This document shows positions 42,916 to 52,799 of a DNA stretch of 64,000 bases, one piece after another (the first letter of the stretch is position 1; every line of letters begins with the position of its first letter). Below the pieces are notes generated by a model. That model ran no database searches and was not told where the DNA came from. It saw nothing but the letters and a program-made list of their open reading frames with translations. Both the position numbers and the translations under genes were made by a program. Origin of the DNA: Candidatus Oxydemutatoraceae bacterium (GTDB lineage Bacteria; Pseudomonadota; Gammaproteobacteria; Poriferisulfidales; Oxydemutatoraceae); NCBI GenBank assembly GCA_965219575.1, contig OZ244779.1, positions 2,188,769-2,252,768 on the forward strand, read 5' to 3'.

Positions 42916-43614
42916 TTAACGGTACATCGGTTCAAAACGTTTAACGATCTGTGCAAGCGATGTAATCAACAGTGATAAGGCTATCAAAATTATCCCCAGT
43001 GCCAATGCCAGCGATAAATTACCTTTGCTGGTCTCCAGTGCGATCGTCGTTGTCATGACTCGGGTAGAATGGTTGATATTGCCGCCGACTATCAGTACCG
43101 CGCCGACTTCCGCTATACCACGTCCGAAACCTGCCAGCACCGCCGTTATCAAACTAAAGCGCGCCTCCCATAATAAAGTGCGAATGGACGCTACCGTGGT
43201 GCTGCCCAACGATAGCAATTGATCCCTATAGAGCCTCCACAGATCATCTATGGTTTGACGCACCAACGCAGTGATTATAGGCAATATCAAAAGTGTTTGG
43301 GCAATGATCATCGCAGTCGGCGTATATATCAGTTCCAATACCCCCAATGCGCCGGAACGAGACAATAACAGGTAGACGACCAGACCGACGACAACCGGCG
43401 GAAGCCCCATAAACGCATTTATCAAATTGACCCAAAAGTGTCGCGTCGGGAAACGGGCGACGGCAAGCAGTGCACCCAGCGGACAGCCGATTAACGAGGC
43501 AATCAACACCGAAGTCAGGCTAACACGCAACGACAAGAAAATAATTTCCAGCAGGTCGGGATCGAAACTCACCAAACGCAACAAGGACTCATACAAGGCA
43601 CTACTAAATTCCAT
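42916..43614 (-). CDS. tupB: Tungstate ABC transporter permease
   Basis: MGLPPVVVGL, LSRSG, GFGRGIAEVGA, TRVMTTTIALETSKG. Confidence 0.92.
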   Translation of the reverse strand: MEFSSALYESLLRLVSFDPDLLEIIFLSLRVSLTSVLIASLIGCPLGALLAVARFPTRHFWVNLINAFMGLPPVVVGLVVYLLLSRSGALGVLELIYTPTAMIIAQTLLILPIITALVRQTIDDLWRLYRDQLLSLGSTTVASIRTLLWEARFSLITAVLAGFGRGIAEVGAVLIVGGNINHSTRVMTTTIALETSKGNLSLALALGIILIALSLLITSLAQIVKRFEPMYR

Positions 43615-43750
43615 TTCGTGTGTATAATAGCAGACTATTTATAGAGCCTCCCGCTAATAAAAATACTTTTCCGGCGAGATCATCGGGTTCTGCGAGAGCC
43701 GATATGTATTTGGCATCGCTTAGATTTTTCTAAAAAACAGGAGTTATTCA

Positions 43751-44764
43751 ATGAAGATACTTTCTATCACATTTTTGCTTACTATAGGTGTGGGACAGAT
43801 TGTTTATGCAGACACCCCGGCGCGTCCCGATGACCATGCACCTATCGGGGTCATGGGAGATCACGGACATAAAAAAGGGGAATTGATGTTGTCTTATCGC
43901 TACGGGCGTATGGAAATGGACGGCAATCGCTCGGGATCCAGAAATATAAGCTCCGACGAAGTACGAAGGTCGTTCTTCGTGTCGCCGCTGGAAATGACTA
44001 TGGAAATGCATATGTTCGGTGCGATGTACGGTCTCGGTAATAACCTAACTCTAATGGCCATGCTGCCTTATGTAGATAAATCTATGGATCTGGTAACCCG
44101 TGGCGGCAGAAGGTTCACAACTCGTGCCAGAGGTTTGGGTGATATCAAATTAATGGGAATATACACGCTCTATAATGAAGAGTACGGTGAAGAGTCTTCG
44201 CATAATTTGAACCTAAATTTAGGTTTGAGTTTGCCTACCGGCGATACGAATAAAAAGGACTATACACCGATGAGTGGAGACATGCGTGTACGCTTACCTT
44301 ATCCGATGCAACTCGGCTCCGGCACATACGATCCGATGCTGGGCATAACTTATACCAACCTGCAACCACAATGGTCGTGGGGGTTGCAGTTCAAAACCAT
44401 GCAACGATTGGGCAAGAACAACGAAGGTTATCGTTTGGGAGACGAATACCATGCGAGCACATGGGCGGCATATCGACACTCCGATTATTTGAGTGCTTCG
44501 GTGCGTCTCAACGGAAAGTCTTGGAACAATATATCGGGAAGAGATGAAAGGTTAAATCCGGCAATAGTACCGACTGCGCGCACGGATCTACGCGGCGGCG
44601 AGCGCGCCGAACTCGGCATCGGCATCAACTTTATACAACAGGATGGGATGTTCAAAAATCATCGCCTTGCGGCAGAATTTATACTACCTTTTTACCAGCA
44701 TTTAGACGGACCTCAGCTCGAGGTCGACTATGCTTACACTTTAGGCTGGCAGGCAACTTTTTAA
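43751..44764 (+). CDS. Putative outer-membrane beta-barrel transporter with His/Met-rich N-terminus
   Basis: Signal peptide; DDHAPIGVMGDH, GLGDI, LSLPTG, YPMQLGSGT; C-terminal aromatic residue (WQATF). Confidence 0.75.
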   Translation: MKILSITFLLTIGVGQIVYADTPARPDDHAPIGVMGDHGHKKGELMLSYRYGRMEMDGNRSGSRNISSDEVRRSFFVSPLEMTMEMHMFGAMYGLGNNLTLMAMLPYVDKSMDLVTRGGRRFTTRARGLGDIKLMGIYTLYNEEYGEESSHNLNLNLGLSLPTGDTNKKDYTPMSGDMRVRLPYPMQLGSGTYDPMLGITYTNLQPQWSWGLQFKTMQRLGKNNEGYRLGDEYHASTWAAYRHSDYLSASVRLNGKSWNNISGRDERLNPAIVPTARTDLRGGERAELGIGINFIQQDGMFKNHRLAAEFILPFYQHLDGPQLEVDYAYTLGWQATF

Positions 44765-44799
44765 GGGAGTGCATTTTGTGACTTGCGCAGACACATCAC

Positions 44800-45669
44800 G
44801 CTGTTGAAAAAGTACTGTCTTTGCACAGTTGCAACCGTTTGCGCCGTGAATACTTGTAAACCAACCGTAGGGGCGGACTAAAATTAAATTGCCGATTGAC
44901 CTACCGGTTCAATCGGCGGCCTTATCCTGCCCGTAACGCGCTGGTTGGCACGATTTATACATTCATTCACCCGATTTATGGAAACCAAAACCATACGGCG
45001 TAAGCGGTTGCGGTTATTCCGGACGGTACTTAAGGGCAGACATCAGAGTTGCCGATTGACCTACCGGTTCAATCGGCGGCTTTATTCAGCCTTACGGGGT
45101 GGTTGCATCTTGACGCTGTTGAAAAAGTATCGTCAGCGTGCAACCGTAATCGCTTGCGCCATGAATACTTGTAAACCAACCGTAGGGGCGGACTTGCATG
45201 TCCGCCCGTAACGCGCTGGTTGGCACGATTTATACATTCATTCACCCGATTTATGGAAACCAAAACCATACGGCGCAAGCGGTTGCGGTTATTCCGGACG
45301 GTACTTAAGGGCAGACATCAGAGTTGCCGATTGACCTACCGGTTCAATCGGCGGCCTTATCCTGCCCGTAACGCGTTGCACCTGCACAATCAATACATTC
45401 ATCCATTTGATCTATGGAAACCATAATCGGGTGGCGCAAAGCGGTTAGGTTTGTGCATGACGTCAGTTAAGGGCAGACACACAGGTCTGCCCCTACGGCT
45501 TGGTGGTTATTGTAAATTTACGGCGCAAGCGGTTACGATTGTGCAACGATATTTTTTCAACAGCCCCATCATATCCGTACAATTTATAAATTGCACCCAG
45601 TTTATGGAAACCAAAACCATACGGCGCAAGCGGTTGCAATTGTACAAGAGCAGTACTTTTTCAACAGCC
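44800..45669. mobile_element. Nested or tandem cluster of family A MITE-like elements
   Basis: Left ends at 44800 and 45115, right ends at 45565 and 45669; a roughly 250-bp internal segment is duplicated. Confidence 0.8.
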
Positions 45670-45680
45670 CTAGTGCTATA

Positions 45681-45717
45681 TGTAACAAGCCCTGACTTAA
45701 CATCAGGGCTTGTTACA
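45681..45717. terminator. Strong hairpin, probable terminator of the histone-like gene
   Basis: tgtaacaagccctga-cttaaca-tcagggcttgttaca, a 15-bp perfect stem. Confidence 0.75.
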
Positions 45718-45726
45718 AAAGAGACA

Positions 45727-46062
45727 TTATTTTCTCTTTTTGGTCGTAGACTTCTTCTTAGGAGCAGCCTTCTTCTTGGTCGTAGACTTCTTCTTAGGAG
45801 CAGCCTTCTTCTTAGTCGTGGCTTTCTTCTTAGGAGCAGCCTTCTTCTTGGTCGTAGACTTCTTCTTGGGAGCAGCCTTCTTCTTGGTCGTAGACTTCTT
45901 CTTAGGAGCAGCCTTCTTCTTAGTCGTGGCCTTCTTCTTAGGAGCAGCCTTCTTCTTCAAAGCGGCACTTGCCGCTTTACGTTTGGCTAGTACCGACCGC
46001 TTTTTAGTAGCACCCGACTTTTTCTTTACCAGCCTTTTTATAGTTCTACGTTTGGTAGCCAT
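45727..46062 (-). CDS. Histone H1-like Lys/Ala-rich DNA-binding protein
   Basis: Starts MATK; six 12-aa repeats KKKAAPKKK(A/S)TT; AGGGGA RBS upstream. Confidence 0.85.
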   Translation of the reverse strand: MATKRRTIKRLVKKKSGATKKRSVLAKRKAASAALKKKAAPKKKATTKKKAAPKKKSTTKKKAAPKKKSTTKKKAAPKKKATTKKKAAPKKKSTTKKKAAPKKKSTTKKRK

Positions 46063-46169
46063 TGTCTATCCCCTTTCAGGTTATGTAGAATATTAATCGG
46101 CTAAGCCGCCCTGCCGAATATTTTTTAATATACGACACGACCGCCGTCGCCGTTCTTAGTGGACGAGAC

Positions 46170-46348
46170 ACCCCCGACAATGCCGTTTTCACCCGGAATC
46201 CTAGTCCCTTAGGTATAGGAGTGGTGCTGCATCTAATGCCTTTAGGCTTCTCACTAGTTTGAGCATGCACACCGGCATCACCGCAACACACCTTAAATGT
46301 AAAATACGGTAAAGGATTATGTGGATGATTAACGCACATCACAGGGAT
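46170..46348 (-). ncRNA. ssrS: 6S RNA
   Basis: Directly after zapA. GGTGTGCATGCTC..GAGAAGCCTAAA resembles the 6S core; 5' ATCCCTGTGATG can pair with 3' CATTGTCGGGG. Ends are approximate. Confidence 0.85.
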
Positions 46349-46689
46349 ATCTCAGAAATCTTATGCATCGCATCGTCGGCATCCGATTGCGCAAAACTGC
46401 TTTTGATTCGCTCAATCAGCTTTTCAGCCTCCACTGCTCTGCCGGAAACCGTCGTATTCAGCTTTATGAGCTCATAGCTTAGATTCAAAGCGATAACCGC
46501 CAATAGATTGTCTCGGTTCCATACCACTTCCAAGGATTTCGTGCCTTGCGTTCTATGCTTGAGCACCTCTACTTGATTGTTTAGAAATGAAACCGCTTCT
46601 TTCAGATCTTCTTGTTGCTGCCGAGGACATAAGACGGAATAAAGTTTGCCCATAATACTGACTTCGACTTTCTGCTTATCGTCATTCAT
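46339..46689 (-). CDS. zapA: Cell division protein ZapA
   Basis: VSIMGKLYSVLCP, LAVIALNLSYEL; conserved gene context. Confidence 0.9.
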   Translation of the reverse strand: MNDDKQKVEVSIMGKLYSVLCPRQQQEDLKEAVSFLNNQVEVLKHRTQGTKSLEVVWNRDNLLAVIALNLSYELIKLNTTVSGRAVEAEKLIERIKSSFAQSDADDAMHKISEISL

Positions 46690-46924
46690 AAGAAACTTTT
46701 CCTTCCATATTCTTAAGACGATCTAAAAGTGATTCTATTTTGCTTTTTACTTGTCTGCTTTTTTCCGCTAATGCCGAGTTCTCGGAAACTAGGGCTTGGT
46801 TTTGTTGATGAAGTAATTTGTTTTCTTCTTTTAGTTTGTCATGACTATCTAGCAATTTCGAAACTTGCGCTTCAAGTTCCGATATAGAATTCAAACTACC
46901 CTCGTTAGAAATTAACTCATCCAT
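46682..46924 (-). CDS. ZapB/TIGR02449-like coiled-coil protein
   Basis: Continuous heptads (LEAQVSKLL...LKEENKLL...KIESLLDRLKNME); upstream of zapA. Confidence 0.8.
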   Translation of the reverse strand: MDELISNEGSLNSISELEAQVSKLLDSHDKLKEENKLLHQQNQALVSENSALAEKSRQVKSKIESLLDRLKNMEGKVSYE

Positions 46925-47250
46925 ATTAGGTATTGATAATATAACTTTTTTTTTCTACGTCAAGTTTTTTTTCTGTTTTGCATAGACGATTATTTTTGAT
47001 ATCGAAGTATAAAAGTACGGTTTTAATACGAGTACGATTCGAAAAAATTATAAAATGCTCGGTGGCACGACGAATGTATCGGCATGTATAAACAAAAGAA
47101 AAACGGCGAAATAAGGCTGTTTATCAGTGACTTAAGCGCGCCGTTGCCGGCAATACAAAGTCTTTATACGATATACAAAAGTGGTGCAGTATTTTATCTA
47201 AACACTATAATAGATGTTTGGAGTTGGAACAATTTTGTGAGTAAAGAAAG

Positions 47251-48573
47251 TTGACTAAAAAAAATATTTTTCAAAAAGAATTGGAGAGTCGTCGAAAACG
47301 TATTCTGAAATCGGCAGGCTACGATGCCGTCGTGTGCATGTTCGCCACGGAACAAAAGAACTATTCAAACGATGTTTATTATCCGTATCGCCAAGATAGT
47401 AACTTTTACTACTTGAACGGTAGTGTCGAAGATCGAATGATTATGGTGTTGGCACCGGGGCATTCTTTCGGTGATTATATTTTGTTCTGCACTCCGAACG
47501 ACGAACATACTATTGTATGGGAAGGTGCGCGTATCGGTCTTAGCCGTGCAAAACGCACGCTCGGTGCAGACAAAGTTTTTCCTATAGATAAATTCGACGA
47601 AATCTTTCCTCTACTAATCAACAACAGACAGTATCTGTACTGCGATACCTTTGACATCGATAAATTCTCACAGCTCGCAACACTATGCCGACAAATCCGC
47701 CGTAAGCAGCGAAACCACGCCATACCTAGCTATTATGCCGATATCAGCGTATTGCTCGGCGAGCTACGCCTCAAAAAATCCAAGCTGGAAATTGAAACGA
47801 TGCAAAAGGCTGTTGCTATCACTAACATCGCTCATCGACGGATGATGCAAATGTGTCGTCCGGGACTATACGAGTACGAAGTCGATGCGGAGATTATGAG
47901 TGTATTTCACCAACATCACGCACGCCCCGCCTATCCCTCGATAGTAGCCGGTGGAGCCAACGCGTGTGTACTACACTATACAGACAATAAAAGCCGACTG
48001 AAATCCGGAGACTTGCTACTCGTAGATGCCGGGGCCGAATACCGAATGTATGCCAGCGATATAACCCGCACTATCCCTGTTAGTAAGCGTTTTAATAGTC
48101 ATCAAAAAGAACTCTACGAAGTCGTCTTGGAAGCACAACTAAAAGCGATTGCCAAAGTGCAAATCGGCAACAACTGGCTCGATGTCAACAACGCCGCAGT
48201 GCGCGCTTTAACCCGAGGCTTGATCGACACAGGCTTATTAAAGGGTTCTTTGTCCGCTTTGCTTAAACGCGCTGCTTACAGAGATTTTTATATGCACGGG
48301 ATCGGACACTGGCTGGGATTGGATGTGCACGACACGGTGGGTCATAACAAAGACAAATCGGGTAAACCACGATGTTTTGAAGCAGGCATGGTGCTAACCG
48401 TAGAACCGGGGTTGTATATAAGCAATAAAAGTAATATCGCTAAGCAATTCCGCAATACGGGAATTCGTATAGAAGACGATGTGCTGGTAACAACCCGAGG
48501 TCCCGAAGTGCTCAGCAAACATTTAGTGAAAAATGTAGACGACATTGAATCTGCGATGTCCGAAGCGGAATAA
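47251..48573 (+). CDS. pepP: Xaa-Pro aminopeptidase
   Basis: YRQDSNFYYL, LHY, DAGAE, SDITRT, HWLGLDVHD, TVEPG, GIRIEDD. Confidence 0.96.
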   Translation: MTKKNIFQKELESRRKRILKSAGYDAVVCMFATEQKNYSNDVYYPYRQDSNFYYLNGSVEDRMIMVLAPGHSFGDYILFCTPNDEHTIVWEGARIGLSRAKRTLGADKVFPIDKFDEIFPLLINNRQYLYCDTFDIDKFSQLATLCRQIRRKQRNHAIPSYYADISVLLGELRLKKSKLEIETMQKAVAITNIAHRRMMQMCRPGLYEYEVDAEIMSVFHQHHARPAYPSIVAGGANACVLHYTDNKSRLKSGDLLLVDAGAEYRMYASDITRTIPVSKRFNSHQKELYEVVLEAQLKAIAKVQIGNNWLDVNNAAVRALTRGLIDTGLLKGSLSALLKRAAYRDFYMHGIGHWLGLDVHDTVGHNKDKSGKPRCFEAGMVLTVEPGLYISNKSNIAKQFRNTGIRIEDDVLVTTRGPEVLSKHLVKNVDDIESAMSEAE

Positions 48574-48576
48574 ATA

Positions 48577-49803
48577 GTGCAATACGATATCGCTATTATA
48601 GGGGCGGGACTCACCGGTGCTACGGCGGCGATCGCATTGCAAAACTGCGCAAGGTCTATCGTCATCATAGATGCACACGATATTAAGAATGCCGCAAACA
48701 AAATACCGCTACGCGGAATTGCACTTTCCGACGGTAGCCGCAGGATATTGCAAAATATCGATGTATGGAACACTATCAAGGACGATACTTGTGCGGTGCG
48801 GGAGATTAGGGTGTCGCGCAAGAATGCTTTCGGCACAACTCGCATCCGTGCCGAAGACGAGGGCATAGACGCTTTGGGTTGTGTTATTCGTGCTGCGGAT
48901 TTATTGACCGGCTTGCATCGAACGCTACTTAAATTGGACAATCTAAAGGTATATTCGTCAACTCTGGTGGAAGCTGCAAAGGATCACGGCACATACATAT
49001 CGTTGTCGCTCAAACAAAAGGGCGAATTACACACTATTAAAACACGGCTGTTGATATTAGCATCCGGACGACAAAATAATATCAGCGAGGCATTGGGGTT
49101 CTCTTTTAGGTATAAAAACTACCGGCAGTCGGCTGTCGTCGCCCGTATACATAGCGAGTCACTCGAACAACATGTTGCGCACGAACGATTTACCGAGGAT
49201 GGGTTAATCGCAGTATTACCTCATCAACCCGCCGGAGTGCGTATCATCGGCAGAGTTTATGTAGGCGAGACGGGAGAACGAGCAATGACTCTATCCGACA
49301 CCGACTTTTTAGAACGACTGCAACAAGATTTAGGACAACGTATCGGCAAGATACGCGAAATAGGAAAACGGGATATCTACCCGTTGATTTTATGCTACGC
49401 CCGACGCATCGCCATAGGAAGGACGGTATTACTCGGCGACAGCGCACAAACTATTCATCCCGTCGGTGGTCAAGGGTTGAACCTTGCGTTGCGAGATATC
49501 GCCTTTTTGGTGGAACATCTGCACGGCGCACTACCCGACGCAAGTGTATCGGATTTGCTCCAAAGCTATAGCCGAGAAAGGGCAAGCGATGTACGCAAAG
49601 TGATGTATTTTACTCATTCGCTAGCCAAACTCTGTGTCGGATTAAAGCAACCTCTCGCACCTTTGTTGGGAGCCAGTTTAACCATGCTGGATATGCTACC
49701 GTTCGTACGGCGTATTTTAGTTCGCAAAACCCTAGGCTTGTCGCCGCCCTGGCCTCGCCTCGCAAGTGGAACAACGCTTAGTTCGGGCAATGCAGAAATT
49801 TGA
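48577..49803 (+). CDS. ubiH: 2-octaprenyl-6-methoxyphenol hydroxylase
   Basis: GAGLTG, AHERFT, GDSAQTIHPVGGQGLNLALRD; follows pepP. Confidence 0.88.
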   Translation: MQYDIAIIGAGLTGATAAIALQNCARSIVIIDAHDIKNAANKIPLRGIALSDGSRRILQNIDVWNTIKDDTCAVREIRVSRKNAFGTTRIRAEDEGIDALGCVIRAADLLTGLHRTLLKLDNLKVYSSTLVEAAKDHGTYISLSLKQKGELHTIKTRLLILASGRQNNISEALGFSFRYKNYRQSAVVARIHSESLEQHVAHERFTEDGLIAVLPHQPAGVRIIGRVYVGETGERAMTLSDTDFLERLQQDLGQRIGKIREIGKRDIYPLILCYARRIAIGRTVLLGDSAQTIHPVGGQGLNLALRDIAFLVEHLHGALPDASVSDLLQSYSRERASDVRKVMYFTHSLAKLCVGLKQPLAPLLGASLTMLDMLPFVRRILVRKTLGLSPPWPRLASGTTLSSGNAEI

Positions 49804-50959
49804 TCTACCCGTTGCCGTAGTGGGCGGCGGTGCTATCGGTTTAAGCTGTGCCGTCTGCTTAGCACAACGCAATATAAAAGTACGGCTATTTGCCGAGCAC
49901 CCCGAAGAACTCGACTTGGATACACGGCATTACGACGCGCGTACTTATGCGCTGAGTCAAGCCTCGGTTGCGCTTTTGGAAGATGCACAAGTGATGCCGC
50001 TGATTACACGCTACTCGAATTTTGAAGCCTTAAAGGTGTGGGATGCCGGCGGCGGGCATATACATTTTGATGCCAGCGATATCGGCGCGCCACGCTTGGG
50101 CATCATCGTCGAGCATAAATACTTGATAAATGCCTTGTGGCAACGCATAGAGCAACTACACGCTATCCAATACGACAATATGCAGATAGTATCGACATAT
50201 ATATCAAAAGACGGTGTTTTGAATGCGAAACTAGACAGCAGTGATGAACAGCGGCAGTTTTCATTGATTATCGGTGCCGACGGGGTGCGGTCGCAAATCC
50301 GCCGATTGATGAACGTCCGATGGTCGGTACGGGATTATCGCCAAACCGCTTTCGCTTATATAGTGCAGACCACCGAAAATCATCAATTTACCGGATGGCA
50401 GCGTTTCTCGGGCAACGGAGTGTTGGCATTTCTACCGCTGGCGGATCGCGTTTGCGCCGTCGTATGGTCGTGTCCGAATGCATTGGCACACCGAATTGCA
50501 AAACTAGATACGGAGGAGTTGATCGACAGAACGAGCCAAGAAATAGAGGGTCGCTTCGGAAAACTATCGGTAATGAGCGAAGTTTGTGCTTTTGAACTTC
50601 AAGGGGGTCATGTCGATCGGTATGTTGTGCCGGGTATGTTATTGATGGGAGATGCAGCGCATAACATCCACCCTTTAGCGGGCCAAGGCGCAAACTTAGG
50701 CTTTGCCGACTTGGGTGTGCTGTTGGATTTAATGGACAGCAATCCTTCTATGAGGCTGAACTATCCTTTGTTGCGTCGTTATCAACGCAGGATCAAAGGC
50801 CGTAATCAGTGTATGAAAGTCGGGTTGGAAAACTTGCTGTGGCTATTTTCCAATCGTTCGTCTTTATGCACCTATGCGAGAACAGGCGGATTACGATTGA
50901 TTAACCGAATGCCGACATTAAAGAATTTTTTCATACGCCGAGCGGGGAGTACCGGCTGA
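49790..50959 (+). CDS. ubiI: UbiI/VisC-family FAD-dependent hydroxylase
   Basis: GGGAIG, GADGVRS, LAFLPL, GDAAHNIHPLAGQGANLG. Likely start MQKFD. Confidence 0.8.
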   Translation: MQKFDLPVAVVGGGAIGLSCAVCLAQRNIKVRLFAEHPEELDLDTRHYDARTYALSQASVALLEDAQVMPLITRYSNFEALKVWDAGGGHIHFDASDIGAPRLGIIVEHKYLINALWQRIEQLHAIQYDNMQIVSTYISKDGVLNAKLDSSDEQRQFSLIIGADGVRSQIRRLMNVRWSVRDYRQTAFAYIVQTTENHQFTGWQRFSGNGVLAFLPLADRVCAVVWSCPNALAHRIAKLDTEELIDRTSQEIEGRFGKLSVMSEVCAFELQGGHVDRYVVPGMLLMGDAAHNIHPLAGQGANLGFADLGVLLDLMDSNPSMRLNYPLLRRYQRRIKGRNQCMKVGLENLLWLFSNRSSLCTYARTGGLRLINRMPTLKNFFIRRAGSTG

Positions 50960-51002
50960 CGCTTAAACAACCCCAATGCAACCGACATGCGTTAGGCAGA
51001 CC

Positions 51003-51130
51003 ATTCCCCTCCTGTGTAGGGGGGATAGGCGAAGCCTGACGGGGTGGTCGCGAAGGGTTGGCACAAATATAATGCCGGTACATTCCCCTCCTGTGGAGGG
51101 GTGGCAGGCGCAGCCTGACGGGGTGGTCGC
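51003..51130. repeat. Two copies of repeat family B (ATTCCCCTCCTGTGGAGGGG..GCCTGACGGGGTGGT)
   Basis: The same hairpin unit occurs in the opposite orientation near 36463, 60901, 62765, 63057, 63170 and 63225. Confidence 0.8.
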
Positions 51131-51137
51131 ATCGTGG

Positions 51138-51342
51138 GACTGTTGAAAAAGTGCGGCATCGTACGAATCCAATCACTTGCGCCATTTGGTTTTGGTTTCC
51201 ATAATTTGGATGGATGAATGTATAAATCGTGTAGGCACAACGCGTTACGGGCGGACATGTTAGTCCGCCCCTACGGGTGGTTTGAAAATATTCACGGCGC
51301 AAGCGGTTACGATTGCGCCGTGACGATACTTTTTCAAAAGCC
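51138..51342. mobile_element. MITE-like element family A (205-bp form)
   Basis: gactgttgaaaaagt...actttttcaaaagcc; near-identical to 62842-63046. Confidence 0.8.
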
Positions 51343-51357
51343 CTGAATAGTCTCTTT

Positions 51358-51873
51358 CTATGAGTCTTCTTTAAGAGCCTTTAATGCTTTATCGTAGTCA
51401 GGTTCATCGCTGATTTCACTCACTAATTCTGCATGTTTGACTACATCCGCTTTATCCAGAACCACGATTGCTCTCGCCGTGATTCCTGCGAGTGGTCCGT
51501 CTTCTATTAGAACGCCGTAATCTTTGGCAAAATTTCTGGAGCGCATCATAGAAAGCGGTATGACATTCTTTTGCGATTCGGCATCGCAAAAACGCGACAT
51601 CGCAAAAGGCAAGTCGGCAGATACGATTATGCAAATACTGTCTTCCAGTGCACCCACCGCTTCGTTAAATTTTTTGGTCGATGTAGCACAGACCGGCGTA
51701 TCCAAGCTAGGAACTATAGATATCAATTTTTTCTTGCCCTTGAAGTTGGAAAGAGAAATATCTTCTAAATCCTTATTCACCAGCAAAAAATCCGGTGCTT
51801 GCGTGCCGATAGCGGGTATCTTACCGTTGGTATGTATTTCGTTACCTTGTAGAGATATAGTAGCCATTATCAA
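51358..51873 (-). CDS. tpx: Thiol peroxidase
   Basis: VPSLDTPVC, SADLPFAMSRFC, EPDYD. Confidence 0.97.
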   Translation of the reverse strand: MIMATISLQGNEIHTNGKIPAIGTQAPDFLLVNKDLEDISLSNFKGKKKLISIVPSLDTPVCATSTKKFNEAVGALEDSICIIVSADLPFAMSRFCDAESQKNVIPLSMMRSRNFAKDYGVLIEDGPLAGITARAIVVLDKADVVKHAELVSEISDEPDYDKALKALKEDS

Positions 51874-52006
51874 GTCCTCCTTAATAGGTCATGAGAGGGT
51901 ATTATACCCGTTTTGTAGTCAAAAGGCTTGCATATTGAACGATAAGGTTTTAGAAGATTTACGCTAAAAAAAAGAATAGCTAAAAATGCTTGTAATTCAT
52001 TCATTT

Positions 52007-52615
52007 TCACGCATTAAGTCGTAAACTGCTCAATGTCCGAATTATGGATTGATATATCATAGCGCGGTGAAAAATTATTAGTGCGCCGAGCACACCTACG
52101 AAAGCACCGATTAAATGGACTTCCGAAACAACTTGTATATTCAGATATTCGGCTGTAGACGATCCCCTATCGGAAAAGTTTTCTACGAATATCTTTACGA
52201 TTAACAATAGCAGAATAATCCATGCAAATTTCTGTCGGTCTTTAATCCATGCTATTAAGATATAAGCAAAATATCCATGTAAGACACCCGACAATCCACC
52301 GTAATATACAACTTCGGGAATAAATAAATATAAGCCTGCGGAGATTGATAATGTTAGTACGAACAATAAGATTACCCACTTTGTGGGTGATAGATAACTA
52401 ATGCCTAGAAAGAATATAATAATCCACGCAATCAAGTTGATTACCAAATGCTTGTTGTTTAGATGCACAAAATGACCGCTGAATAAACGCCATAACTCTC
52501 CTTGTTCTAGTGCTTGTCTCTGGTATATAAAAAGTTCCTGATAATACGTGCAGATAAGCGCGGTGAGGATAACCAAGACGGCATAATAGCAGTTGTAAAG
52601 TTTAGAAAAAGACAT
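52007..52615 (-). CDS. rrtA: Rhombosortase (rhomboid-family intramembrane serine protease)
   Basis: GELWRLFSGHFVH..HL..N, YGGLSGVLHG (Ser) and HLIG (His); directly downstream of a GlyGly-CTERM gene. Confidence 0.9.
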   Translation of the reverse strand: MSFSKLYNCYYAVLVILTALICTYYQELFIYQRQALEQGELWRLFSGHFVHLNNKHLVINLIAWIIIFFLGISYLSPTKWVILLFVLTLSISAGLYLFIPEVVYYGGLSGVLHGYFAYILIAWIKDRQKFAWIILLLLIVKIFVENFSDRGSSTAEYLNIQVVSEVHLIGAFVGVLGALIIFHRAMIYQSIIRTLSSLRLNA

Positions 52616-52665
52616 CGAAGGTATAAAAACACATTATAAGTCATCTAGGGCTGCCTATTGAACTT

Positions 52666-52691
52666 GTAGGGGCGGACTTGCATGTCCGCCC
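52666..52691. repeat. Isolated GTAG-type REP-like palindrome
   Basis: gtaggggcggacttgcatgtccgccc; the same unit occurs within family A elements (e.g. 45182). Confidence 0.75.
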
Positions 52692-52753
52692 GATAGGTTA
52701 ATCGGCAATTCAATGATGCCCCGTCTAACATGCCTGTTACAATGCAAATGCAG

Positions 52754-52778
52754 TAGGGCGGATATATAATCCGCCCTA
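52754..52778 (-). terminator. Hairpin downstream of the 1484-aa gene
   Basis: tagggcgga-tatataa-tccgcccta. Confidence 0.6.
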
Positions 52779-52799
52779 TACAGCATTTTCAAGAAATTA

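Noticed and set aside
43620-43745. Moco/Tuco riboswitch near tupB
   Set aside because: GCCTCCCG and GTATTTGG fragments exist but are non-contiguous and on the wrong strand for tupB.
44945-45990. Short ORFs containing METKTIRRKRL (also near 30.8, 36.1, 51, 59, 61.3 and 62.8 kb)
   Set aside because: They are translations of the MITE-like repeats, with inconsistent frames between copies.
45710-46096. Hydrophobic repeat ORF (FFLGAAFFLVV)
   Set aside because: It is the antisense of the histone H1-like gene, which has the RBS and downstream hairpin.
46076-46342. 88-aa ORF downstream of zapA
   Set aside because: It overlaps the 6S RNA and shows no recognisable protein features.
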